DNA of 32,000 nucleotides from Candidatus Syntropharchaeum caldarium (GTDB lineage Archaea; Halobacteriota; Syntropharchaeia; Syntropharchaeales; Syntropharchaeaceae): positions 324,577 to 356,576 of the forward strand of contig LYOS01000002.1 in assembly GCA_001766815.1 (NCBI GenBank), in the 5' to 3' direction. Each line of letters starts with the position of its first letter. The stretch's first letter is position 1. Shown in pieces: positions 1-8,177 of this stretch. Below the pieces are notes generated by a model, which was not told where the DNA came from, made no database searches, and saw nothing but the letters and a program-made list of their open reading frames with translations. Position numbers and translations under genes: made by a program.

Positions 1-491
1 TTTGCACCCCTGACCATTGCAACCTTACCTGTGCGTGCAACCTCTTTTATACCAAAATCAGATAACAATGTGAGCATCGCCTCGATCTTATCTTCATCCC
101 CTGTGACCTCGATGATCATCGACTCCGGGGCGATATCAACGGTCTTTGCCCTGAATATCTCGACGATCTGAAGTATCTCAGCCCGCTTCTTGGGTGCTGC
201 ATCAACTTTGATCAGCACAAGCTCCCGCTCGATCGACTCATACGCCGTGATATCCTTGATCGTTATGACATCAATCAATTTATTGAGCTGTTTTGTTATC
301 TGCTCAAGCTGTCGCTCTCCCCCCTCTCTATCGCTTGTGATAACGATAGTAAGTCGAGAAATATCTGGTTTATCTGTTATCGCCGCATTTATGCTGTCGA
401 TGTTAAATCCACGCCTCGTAAAAAGTCCTGTGACACGCGCTGCAACACCTGGTGTGTTCTCAACGAGGACGGTGAGCGTATGTTTCACCAT
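1..491 (-). CDS. ilvN: Acetolactate synthase small (regulatory) subunit; C-terminal end runs off the window start
   Basis: It is absent from the ORF track because it has no stop codon in the window. My translation of the minus strand from the ATG (complement of 489-491) gives MVKHTLTVLVENTPGVAARVTGLFTRRGFNIDSI..., an ACT-domain N-terminus typical of IlvN/IlvH. The frame stays open to nt 3 (...EVARTGKVAMVRGA). It begins 1 nt after the ilvB stop. Confidence 0.85.
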   Translation of the reverse strand, partial: MVKHTLTVLVENTPGVAARVTGLFTRRGFNIDSINAAITDKPDISRLTIVITSDREGGERQLEQITKQLNKLIDVITIKDITAYESIERELVLIKVDAAPKKRAEILQIVEIFRAKTVDIAPESMIIEVTGDEDKIEAMLTLLSDFGIKEVARTGKVAMVRGA

Positions 492-492
492 C

Positions 493-2283
493 TCACTCAA
501 CCTCCAGTGCCTCTTTTTCACTGGATAAAAGGAGCTTCTCAGAGACTGTTTCAGGCTCGATGATCTCATCGAGTGGTTCACCAGCAGGCACCATTGGAAA
601 GACGTTCTCCTCCCGTGCAATCCTGAAATCGATGACAACCACCTCATCGATCTCAAAGGCTTTCTCAAGTGCTGGAACCACCTCTGCTGGGCTTTTAACC
701 CGCATTCCAACGGCACCAAACGCCTCTGCGAGCTTTACAAAGTCAGTCCTGGATTGAATGTCGGTACAGGAGTAGCGTCTCTCAAAGAAGAGTTCCTGCC
801 ACTGGCGAACCATCCCGAGGTACTGATTGTTCAATATCATAACCTTGATCGGTATGTGATTCTCAACCGCTGTTGCAAGTTCCTGACACTTCATCATGAA
901 ACTTCCATCCCCTGCAATATCGATCACCAGTCGATCTGGCAACCCGGCCTTTGCACCGATTGCAGCAGGCAAACCGTATCCCATCGTCCCAAGCCCGCCT
1001 GACGTGAGGAGGGTTCGGGGTTTGGTATATCTGAAGTACTGTGCTGCCCACATCTGGTTCTGTCCAACCTCTGTGACAATGATGGCATCAGGGGCAAGTT
1101 CATTGATCTTCTCGATGATAAACTGTGGCTTAAGTCCATCATCAGGATTGTACCTGAGCGGATATTTTATCTTCCAACGCTGAACCAGATCTAACCATTC
1201 GCTGGTGTGGGGTTTAACCTTTTTAAGCCGATCGATCAACGCCCGCAGGATATTTTTTGCATCACCCACAATCGGAACGTCTGGTATCACAATCTTTCCG
1301 ATCTCAGCAGGGTCTATATCGATGTGTATGACCTTTGCATTTTTTGCAAACTGTGAAGGATCTGTCGCAACACGATCATCAAACCGCACCCCCACCGCGA
1401 TGATAAGGTCTGCACCACAGATTGCATAGTTTGCATACTTTGTACCGTGCATCCCAACCATCCCAAGCGCAAGGGGATGATCCACCGGAAATGCACCAAT
1501 TCCAAGCAGTGTGGTTGTAACAGGTATCTTCATAAGCTCTGCAAGCTCCACAAGCTCTTCTGAAGCACCTGATGCAATAATTCCGCCTCCAGCATAGAGA
1601 ATTGGTTTCTTTGAATTTGCAATTAGTTCTGCTGCTTTTTTAATCTGGCGTGCATGTCCTTTTATCGTGGGTTTGTATCCTCGAAGTTTCACAGCCCGCG
1701 TGAAGAGTCGCTCGTCGAGTTCAAACTCCTCGACCTGAACATCTTTTGGAAGATCGATCAGCACAGGTCCTTTTCTACCAGTGGATGCGATATAGAATGC
1801 TTCTCTGATCACGCGAGGGATCTCTACCGCGCTTTTAATTAAGTACGAATGCTTTGTGATTGGGAGAGTGATCCCTCTGATATCGATCTCCTGAAATGCG
1901 TCGTTCCCGATTGATGTTGTCAGCACCTGCCCTGTGATAGCAACAACCGGGATTGAATCCATGTATGCGTTTGCGATACCTGTCACAAGGTTCGTGGCTC
2001 CCGGTCCTGATGTTGCGATACAGACACCTACGCGTCCTGTTGCCCTTGCATAACCATCTGCGGCATGGGCCGCTCCCTGTTCATGCCTGACAAGAATGTG
2101 GCGTATATTGGAGTTGTATATCGCATCATAGAGTGGCAGGACTGCTCCTCCAGGGTATCCGAATACAATCTCCACTCCCTCGATCTCAAGACCTTTCAGG
2201 ATTGCTTCAGAACCTGTTATCGTTGAACTCAAACAAACGCCTCCACTCTTTTTATTCATAGCTTCATTAAATATTTTTTGCAA
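493..2283 (-). CDS. ilvB: Acetolactate synthase large (catalytic, ThDP-dependent) subunit
   Basis: 596-aa ORF with typical ThDP-enzyme sequence ([31 protein letters not shown], and [17 protein letters not shown]...GDGSFMM for ThDP/Mg binding). The track start at 2283 is TTG. An in-frame ATG at 2259 (MNKKSGG...) is the more likely start. ilvN follows directly. Confidence 0.95.
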   Translation of the reverse strand: MQKIFNEAMNKKSGGVCLSSTITGSEAILKGLEIEGVEIVFGYPGGAVLPLYDAIYNSNIRHILVRHEQGAAHAADGYARATGRVGVCIATSGPGATNLVTGIANAYMDSIPVVAITGQVLTTSIGNDAFQEIDIRGITLPITKHSYLIKSAVEIPRVIREAFYIASTGRKGPVLIDLPKDVQVEEFELDERLFTRAVKLRGYKPTIKGHARQIKKAAELIANSKKPILYAGGGIIASGASEELVELAELMKIPVTTTLLGIGAFPVDHPLALGMVGMHGTKYANYAICGADLIIAVGVRFDDRVATDPSQFAKNAKVIHIDIDPAEIGKIVIPDVPIVGDAKNILRALIDRLKKVKPHTSEWLDLVQRWKIKYPLRYNPDDGLKPQFIIEKINELAPDAIIVTEVGQNQMWAAQYFRYTKPRTLLTSGGLGTMGYGLPAAIGAKAGLPDRLVIDIAGDGSFMMKCQELATAVENHIPIKVMILNNQYLGMVRQWQELFFERRYSCTDIQSRTDFVKLAEAFGAVGMRVKSPAEVVPALEKAFEIDEVVVIDFRIAREENVFPMVPAGEPLDEIIEPETVSEKLLLSSEKEALEVE

Positions 2284-2292
2284 TGAAAATAC

Positions 2293-2302
2293 TTTATATT
2301 AT
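2293..2302 (+). promoter_or_regulatory. Archaeal TATA box (ctttatatta) for the RNase P RNA gene
   Basis: A TTTATAT-type element lies about 22-28 nt upstream of the inferred 5' end of the RNase P RNA P1 helix (about 2322). Confidence 0.5.
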
Positions 2303-2321
2303 ATCCCTCTAATATATCTTT

Positions 2322-2625
2322 GAGAGAGGATGAGCGGCTGTCGGTAGGCTCATGTTTTTGAGCTGGCTGAGGAAAGTCCCCCCACCACCTGGATGCACGA
2401 ACACCAGAAGGTGTAGGGCGAGAGTCCTGGCACTGGCACAGAAACGATACGACATCGGGTCAATGCAATGATGCAGAAATGCTGAGGTCGCCCGAATGTT
2501 GATGAAACGGCGAATCCTCGTGGGTGCAAGCCAATCTGGGTAGATGATGAGTCCAGCAGATACCCAAGTAGTGCGCATAGACAGATGCCGCTTAAAACAG
2601 AAGGGGGCTTACTATCCTCACTCAT
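2322..2625 (+). ncRNA. rnpB: RNase P RNA (archaeal type)
   Basis: The universally conserved CR-I sequence GAGGAAAGTCC is at about 2369-2379. The conserved ACAGAA...GGCTTA element is at about 2595-2612. P1 pairing: GAGAGGAT (5') with ATCCTCAC (3', 2614-2621). P2 pairing: AGCGGC with GCCGCT. No credible protein: the overlapping minus-strand ORFs are low-quality. The ends are approximate (+/-10 nt). Confidence 0.85.
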
Positions 2626-2715
2626 ACCAATCAATGAAAGAACCTTTATATACCTCCAGTGCTTATTCAAATCTTGAAGGGTGAGTGATATCGTCAATCT
2701 TAGGAGAGATGTCGT

Positions 2716-3876
2716 GTGAAGATATTTTTAATCGGTTTTGGACAGGGCGGAGGAAAGATCGTTGATCTCTTCCTTGAATATGACAAAAAGTCCCGTCACA
2801 ATTGCATTATTCGTGCAATCGCAATCAATACTGCTAAATCAGACCTTCTCGGATTGAATACTATCCCGATGGAAGATCGGATACTCATTGGCGAATCTGC
2901 TGTCAATGTTAAAGGACATGGTGTTGGAGCAGATAACGAGATGGGTGCAAGGGTCGCGGCAGAGGAGATTTACACAATCCAGAGTGCTATAGATCGAAGG
3001 GGGACACATGAAGTTGATGCATTTCTAATTGTTGCAGGTCTTGGAGGAGGAACAGGGTCTGGAGGGGCACCTGTACTTGCAAGGCGATTGAAGAAACTGT
3101 ACAGCGAGCCTGTATATGGTCTTGGAGTACTTCCTGCCAAGGATGAGGGGGGGCTTTACTCACTGAACGCTGCAAGGAGCCTGATGACCTTTGTAAAGGA
3201 GGTTGACAACCTTTTCATCTTTGATAACGATCCGTGGAAAAAGGAAGGATCAAACCTCGAGGATGCATATGCATTCATGAATGAGGAGATCGTGAGACGG
3301 TTTGGGATACTCTTTGGGGCAGGTGAGTCCGAGGACGTTGGGCAGGTTGTTGTAGATTCCTCAGAGATAATCAATACACTGAGGGGTGGCGGAATATCAA
3401 CGGTCGGTTACGCTGTCGAAGAAGTGGGAAATACTTCCAGTAAAGGTTTGTTTAAACGTTTAAAGAAGGAGAAAAGCTCACTCGATTCGCTTGATACGAC
3501 TACAAAGATTACGTCACTCACAAGAAGAGCTGTTATGGGTAGACTTACACTCCCGTGTGATATCACAAGTGCTGAGCGGGCTTTGCTTGTGATAGCAGGT
3601 CCACACGATGCACTGAACAAAAAAGGCATCGAGAAGTCAAAACTCTGGATCGAAGAGATGATACACGGGACTGAAGTGCGTGGCGGTGACTATCCTGTTC
3701 CCAGGAGTAACTATGTTGCAGCAGTGGCTGTATTCTCGGGCGTTACAGATGTTCCACGAATAAAACAACTTCAGGAGATGGCTACAGAAGCACAGAAGAA
3801 CATCCAGGAGTTTGATGAGACAAAGAACGAGAAGCACAAGTCGCTCTGGCATGATGATTTAAAGCCGTTATTCTGA
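2716..3876 (+). CDS. cetZ: CetZ-family tubulin/FtsZ-superfamily GTPase
   Basis: 386 aa with a GTG start preceded by AGGAG 9 nt upstream. It has the N-terminal IGFGQGGGKIVD motif, the tubulin signature AGLGGGTGSGGAPVLA and VYGLGVLPAKDEGGLYSLNAARS. It is collinear with what I recall of Haloferax CetZ1 along the whole length, including the C-terminal RLTLPCDI...GAERALLV...VRGGDYP. Confidence 0.85.
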   Translation: MKIFLIGFGQGGGKIVDLFLEYDKKSRHNCIIRAIAINTAKSDLLGLNTIPMEDRILIGESAVNVKGHGVGADNEMGARVAAEEIYTIQSAIDRRGTHEVDAFLIVAGLGGGTGSGGAPVLARRLKKLYSEPVYGLGVLPAKDEGGLYSLNAARSLMTFVKEVDNLFIFDNDPWKKEGSNLEDAYAFMNEEIVRRFGILFGAGESEDVGQVVVDSSEIINTLRGGGISTVGYAVEEVGNTSSKGLFKRLKKEKSSLDSLDTTTKITSLTRRAVMGRLTLPCDITSAERALLVIAGPHDALNKKGIEKSKLWIEEMIHGTEVRGGDYPVPRSNYVAAVAVFSGVTDVPRIKQLQEMATEAQKNIQEFDETKNEKHKSLWHDDLKPLF

Positions 3877-3891
3877 TGGAAGGGGATATGG

Positions 3892-4698
3892 ATGAATATA
3901 GATAAGATAAGCAGAGGAGTATTGAGTTTGATCATCGTCTCGGTCATGATTGCACCAGCACTCGCACTCGAAGATCCTTACCCTCAGTCAAGGTTTGTCG
4001 ATGTCTCATACGAGATGAGACCAGAGGGTGTGATCCAGTTCGGGGAGAATGTCTGGGCAACGATCACGCTCACAAACTTCAGCAAGGAGATTAATGAATC
4101 AAAATTCTTCTGCTACTCGGAGCTTGACGCACCACAGTGGAGTGTTACCGTGGATGGGGTGCCTGTTGCGTATAATGAGGGAGAACCACTTTTAATTAAC
4201 CACTCAGCAGAGACTGTGGTGATAGGACTTACAGGAAAAGCACCAAATATCGAGTTTCAAAAAGAGATCCTGATCGCAAGGATAGATGAGAACACAACGA
4301 CAAACGACTATACGGTTCTGGTTGAGAAACGAATAGTCACAAGCAGCGAGATACAAAAGGTTGTAAACGTCATCGATGAGTCGAAAAAAGCGATCGAACG
4401 CGCAAAGCAGGCAATCCAGAACTCAACGATGGATACATCGGATGCAGAGGACGATCTGAAGATGGCAGAACGATACTTAGCCGATGCAAATGATTACTAT
4501 CCAGAAGACCTCAATGCATCGATTGATGCCGCTCATAACGCCACATACTATGCCAACATGGCGTATGAGAAGGTGGAAAAACTTGAATCAGGTGCACGCA
4601 CAAAAAAATACGTGATCTATGGTGTTCTTGCACTGATCATCATCGCGGTTCTCGTGATACTCTACCAGCGGTCAAAATGGGATAAACTCGGGAGATAA
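3892..4698 (+). CDS. Membrane-anchored extracytoplasmic protein of unknown function (signal peptide, beta-rich domain, coiled-coil stalk, C-terminal TM)
   Basis: 268 aa. N-terminal hydrophobic segment LSLIIVSVMIAPALALEDP. Helical region rich in A/E/K/D. C-terminal YVIYGVLALIIIAVLVILY followed by the basic tail QRSKWDKLGR. It starts 15 nt after the cetZ stop on the same strand. Confidence 0.6.
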   Translation: MNIDKISRGVLSLIIVSVMIAPALALEDPYPQSRFVDVSYEMRPEGVIQFGENVWATITLTNFSKEINESKFFCYSELDAPQWSVTVDGVPVAYNEGEPLLINHSAETVVIGLTGKAPNIEFQKEILIARIDENTTTNDYTVLVEKRIVTSSEIQKVVNVIDESKKAIERAKQAIQNSTMDTSDAEDDLKMAERYLADANDYYPEDLNASIDAAHNATYYANMAYEKVEKLESGARTKKYVIYGVLALIIIAVLVILYQRSKWDKLGR

Positions 4699-5912
4699 CG
4701 CCCCGACCCTCCTATCACGGCTCCTGCCTCATACACAACCTCACCCCTCACAAGCGTCATCTGCGGGAATATCCCGATCATACCCTCATACGGTGTCCAT
4801 CTGCATTTACTGTGGAGTTCATCTCCTCGTATAACTTTCTCCTCCTGCATATCAACCACAATCAGGTCTGCATCAGAGCCAACATTTATCCCACACTTTC
4901 CGTACTTACCAAGACCAAAGATCGATGCAGGTCTCTCTGATACAAGCTCAACGAGGCGTTTAAGACTCAAGTTTCCCTCTTTTACCTCACGGAGCATAAG
5001 CGGTACCATCGTCTCAACTCCAGGGACACCCGGTGGAGGGTCATCCCCCAGCTTCTCTCCATGGGTGTGTGGAGCATGATCTGAGGCGATGATATCGATA
5101 CTATCGACTCGCTCCCATAGTCCCTTTCTATCAGCATCCGATCGCAATGGTGGATTCATCCATCCATAACCCCCAAGCCGATCACGATCTTTATCACACA
5201 GAAAGAGATGGTGCGGCGTGACCTCAAGCGTTGCACCGCCTCCTCCTGATTTAATAAGATCAACACCTTGCGGAACGCTTACATGGCAGAAGTGCATCCT
5301 GCCCCATCTGTTTAGAGAAAGCACGTCTTTTATCCCCTCAATCTCACATACTGGAGGGCGAAGCGGATCTTTCTCAACACAACGCTTCTTCTCAGGATGA
5401 ATTGTCGCAATCGCTCCAAGCTCCCAGATCTTATCAAGAATTGCTTTCAGTGAATCAGGCTCAAATCTGTACTGGAAGATCTCACCAAACGCCCTCACAC
5501 CCCCCTCATAAAGCTCTCTGAAATTCTCTAATTTCTCAACACCACCGTTTATCAGAAAATCTACAACAGCCTGCGATGAGGCTTTACTTATCCGTTCATC
5601 GAGCCTTTTTCGTGTTATTATCGGTGGATCGGTATTTGGCTGGTCAACCACCGTCGTAACACCGCCTGCAGCCGCCGATGATGTGCCTGTGAACCAGTCC
5701 TCTTTGTATGCTTCTTTTCCATCTCGCATGTGAACATGGACGTCTATCGCACCTGGTAAAAGGATGAGACCTTTGAGGTCAAGCAGTAAATCATGTTCTC
5801 CGTGTAGATCTTTTTTTATCTCTACAATTTTGCCATCCTCAATCCTTATATCTGTATCAACGAGTCCTCCCTCGATGTACGCCCTCGCATTTTTCAGGAT
5901 AAGATCGCTCAT
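4662..5912 (-). CDS. pyrC: Dihydroorotase (amidohydrolase superfamily)
   Basis: 416 aa. Metal-binding DVHVHMRDG motif, then KEDWFTGTSSAAAGGVTTVVDQPNTDPP, and later ASDHAPH. This is the typical archaeal/type-I PyrC layout. Confidence 0.85.
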   Translation of the reverse strand: MSDLILKNARAYIEGGLVDTDIRIEDGKIVEIKKDLHGEHDLLLDLKGLILLPGAIDVHVHMRDGKEAYKEDWFTGTSSAAAGGVTTVVDQPNTDPPIITRKRLDERISKASSQAVVDFLINGGVEKLENFRELYEGGVRAFGEIFQYRFEPDSLKAILDKIWELGAIATIHPEKKRCVEKDPLRPPVCEIEGIKDVLSLNRWGRMHFCHVSVPQGVDLIKSGGGGATLEVTPHHLFLCDKDRDRLGGYGWMNPPLRSDADRKGLWERVDSIDIIASDHAPHTHGEKLGDDPPPGVPGVETMVPLMLREVKEGNLSLKRLVELVSERPASIFGLGKYGKCGINVGSDADLIVVDMQEEKVIRGDELHSKCRWTPYEGMIGIFPQMTLVRGEVVYEAGAVIGGSGRYLPSLSHFDRW

Positions 5913-5952
5913 TATTTATAGAAGGTCATATGAGATTTTAAAGGTTGGTTCT

Positions 5953-6960
5953 ATGGGATGCACAGTAATCGTTGGCGGATTCTTCGGGGACGAAGGAAAA
6001 GGCAAGATCGTGGCACATGTCGCAGAGAGTGATGATCCATCGATAATCGCAAGGGGTGGGGTTGGCCCAAATGCTGGTCACACCGTGATCTCCGGAAAAG
6101 AGTCTTTTGGTGTACGAATGGTGCCATCTGGTTTCATCTATGAGCCTGCAAGACTCATGATCGGTACAGGGGTGCTTGTAAATCCTGACGTGCTGTTTGA
6201 TGAGATAAACAGGATCGGACACAGGGTACGTGAGCGCTTGAAGGTTGATAAGCGCTGCTCGATCATTGAACAGAAGCATATAGAGATGGATAAAAGCGAT
6301 GCAAGGCTTAAGGATAAAATTGGAACAACAGGGACAGGGTGCGGTCCTGCAAATGTTGAGCGAGTGATGCGATCTGCACTTCAGGCAAAAGATATCGAGG
6401 CTCTCGCCGAGTTTATAACTGATGTCCCGCTTGAGGTGAATGAGGCGATCGATCGTGGAGAGTTTGTGATCCTTGAAGGCTCTCAGGGTTTTGGTATCTC
6501 ACTCTTCTACGGGACATACCCCTTTGTTACAACGAAAGATACCACCGCATCCCAGATCGCAGCAGATGTGGGTGTTGGACCCACGAAGATCGATGAAGTT
6601 ATCGTGGTATTCAAGGCATTCCCGACAAGAGTTGGGGAGGGACCATTTGAGACCGAGATGAGCCTGGAAGAGTCAGAGAAGCTTGGCATCGTTGAGTATG
6701 GGACGGTTACAAAACGAAGGCGGCGTATCGGTTACTGGGACGGTAAGTTTGCACGGTACTCTGCGATGATAAATGGTGCAACGTGTATCGCCATAACAGG
6801 GCTTGATCGACTCGATCCTGCAGTGAGGGGCGTGACCGATTATGATAAGCTCTCTGATAAAGTGAAAGAGTTTGTGAGTATGGCAGAGAAGGATGTTGGT
6901 GTACCGTTCAAGCTTCTATCAACAGGCCCTGGTGATACTGAGATCGTTGATTTGAGATAA
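5953..6960 (+). CDS. purA: Adenylosuccinate synthetase (short archaeal form)
   Basis: The track ORF starts at 5764, but that extension overlaps pyrC on the opposite strand. The conserved N-terminus MGCTVIVGGFFGDEGKGKIV (P-loop GDEGKGK) starts at the ATG at 5953. Also present: GTTGTGCGPA and YGTVTKRRRR motifs. Confidence 0.9.
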   Translation: MGCTVIVGGFFGDEGKGKIVAHVAESDDPSIIARGGVGPNAGHTVISGKESFGVRMVPSGFIYEPARLMIGTGVLVNPDVLFDEINRIGHRVRERLKVDKRCSIIEQKHIEMDKSDARLKDKIGTTGTGCGPANVERVMRSALQAKDIEALAEFITDVPLEVNEAIDRGEFVILEGSQGFGISLFYGTYPFVTTKDTTASQIAADVGVGPTKIDEVIVVFKAFPTRVGEGPFETEMSLEESEKLGIVEYGTVTKRRRRIGYWDGKFARYSAMINGATCIAITGLDRLDPAVRGVTDYDKLSDKVKEFVSMAEKDVGVPFKLLSTGPGDTEIVDLR

Positions 6961-6970
6961 AGCAAATATC

Positions 6971-7042
6971 GCCCCGGTAGGGTAGCGGATATCCTGAGAG
7001 CCTGCGGAGCTTTCGACCCGGGTTCGAGTCCCGGCCGGGGCA
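6971..7042 (+). tRNA. tRNA-Arg, anticodon GCG (no encoded CCA)
   Basis: Hand-folded cloverleaf. Acceptor stem GCCCCGG/CCGGGGC. D stem GGGT/ATCC. Anticodon stem AGAGC/GCTTT with loop CTGCGGA (U33, GCG, purine 37). T arm CCGGG-TTCGAGT-CCCGG. Discriminator A. There is one extra nt at the D/anticodon junction and a 4-nt variable loop, so the fold details need tRNAscan-SE. Confidence 0.8.
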
Positions 7043-7092
7043 TTGTATCGGTTAACTGAAATTGGGTGCAAGGAAAAATATTCTGTAGAAGG

Positions 7093-7118
7093 TTTGTTTT
7101 TGGGTCAGAAGCTTTTTT
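7093..7118 (+). terminator. Oligo-T tracts downstream of the tRNA and purA (candidate archaeal terminator)
   Basis: tttgttttt and tttttt runs lie within 80 nt of the tRNA 3' end. Archaeal RNA polymerase terminates at oligo-T stretches. Confidence 0.35.
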
Positions 7119-7222
7119 ATTGAACGGCATTGCTCGAAAGTTAAGTATATGCGCCAGCACCAGGCCAAAGTGCAACATCCTTTCTAAAGGAAAAGCTGGC
7201 GAGAGTTGTCCTCCACCCCTGT

Positions 7223-7912
7223 TTAAAGCTTTGTTAATAGCTGCGCCAGAACAAAAGCTGAGGTTCTGTTAAGACCATGGCTAATCCAGGCACCAAAGAT
7301 GTTTTCTGATTTATACAAAAGATAGCATAATAATGTACCCTGAACAAATACAGGAATCATTCTGAAGATAGTAAATTCTGGATGCCATGCAAATGCAAGA
7401 ATCATTGAAACGATGTAGGAGAGTATCAAATTTTCAGTGTTTTTTAGTGCAAAAAAGAAAAAGACTCCTCTAAACATGAATTCCTCATTAAAAGCATCGA
7501 AAAATAACGGGATACTCCATAGTAGGAATAGAGGCGAGAAAATGTATCCTTTAAGTGAAAATATTATTGCATTGGTGATCGATGTAATTATCAGAATGCC
7601 AAAACCGAGGAGAATGCTTAATTTCAATCTGTTTATGGTTATACCAAAGTCACTTAATTTATACTTTCTCAATTTTATGATTACAAGTCCAGGTAAGAGA
7701 AATAAAATTGTTTTTGCAAGAAAATAAAAATACCATTGGAAACCTCCTTCTGGCAAGTTGCTCATGATCATTCCATAGAAGAAAGTTGCGGGAAGTATCA
7801 TCAATAACATGTCCAAGTATGGCTGGAATTTCTTTTGCCTGACAAGTCCAAACAATATTAAAATAAAGGCAGGGATTAGCTGGAGGACTATCAAATATGG
7901 CATCACAAACAA
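7223..7912 (-). CDS. CPBP-family intramembrane glutamic metalloprotease (CAAX protease / Abi family)
   Basis: 229-aa polytopic membrane protein with the family motifs EEFMFRG (EExxxR), FAWHPEF (FxxxH) and SHGLNR (HxxxN). The track start is TTG at 7912; an ATG lies at 7903. The gene is visibly much more AT-rich than its neighbours (I did not compute GC). Confidence 0.8.
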   Translation of the reverse strand: MFVMPYLIVLQLIPAFILILFGLVRQKKFQPYLDMLLMILPATFFYGMIMSNLPEGGFQWYFYFLAKTILFLLPGLVIIKLRKYKLSDFGITINRLKLSILLGFGILIITSITNAIIFSLKGYIFSPLFLLWSIPLFFDAFNEEFMFRGVFFFFALKNTENLILSYIVSMILAFAWHPEFTIFRMIPVFVQGTLLCYLLYKSENIFGAWISHGLNRTSAFVLAQLLTKL

Positions 7913-7933
7913 TCATTCTAACTATAATTGTTT

Positions 7934-8177
7934 ATTAAATTTTGGATTTTCTGGGCGGAGTGTGGTATCCCGAAATTAGTTTCACTCTGCTCTCCTCTGC
8001 AACAGACTGCGTTCCATGATCTGTAAGAATTTCATCTGGAAGACTGTACTCAGCAAATTCTCTTTTCAGAGCTTCGAAAGGTACCAGAAGGATAATGTTT
8101 TGTAGAGAGAACGCATGCGACGTGAAGACACTCAGAATTCTGTTATTAGACTCGTTGAAAAATAAAATCCCACCAGA
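7934..8177 (-). pseudogene. Decayed C-terminal remnant of a DDE (rve/integrase-core type) transposase
   Basis: My translation of the minus strand gives ...FEALKREFAEYSLPDEILTDHGTQSVAEESRVKLISGYHTPPRKSKI*. PxEILTDHGTQ resembles the second-Asp motif (xTDNGxEF) of rve transposases. YHTPP..KI resembles a degraded YHPQTNGKIE. There is no start codon or N-terminal half, and the D-to-E spacing is too short. It lies in frame directly after the stop of the upstream giant gene. Confidence 0.4.

Noticed and set aside
2309-2697. Two minus-strand ORFs (89 and 115 aa) between ilvB and cetZ
   Set aside because: The region is explained by the plus-strand RNase P RNA (GAGGAAAGTCC, ACAGAA..GGCTTA, P1/P2 pairing). 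The ORF translations look non-protein-like.
5764-5952. 63-codon N-terminal extension of the purA ORF in the track
   Set aside because: The extension overlaps the pyrC N-terminus on the opposite strand and is Ser/Arg/Cys-rich junk. The conserved PurA P-loop N-terminus starts at the ATG at 5953.
6840-7272. ORFs 6840-7178 (-) and 7066-7272 (+) across the tRNA and its downstream spacer
   Set aside because: They overlap the tRNA-Arg gene and the purA 3' end, or lie in an intergenic spacer with oligo-T tracts. There is no coding signature.
7223-7912. CPBP/Abi protease considered as the immunity half of a bacteriocin or abortive-infection module
   Set aside because: No adjacent small secreted peptide, toxin or partner ORF is evident. 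The only neighbour is a transposase remnant, so the call stays a lone CPBP protease.
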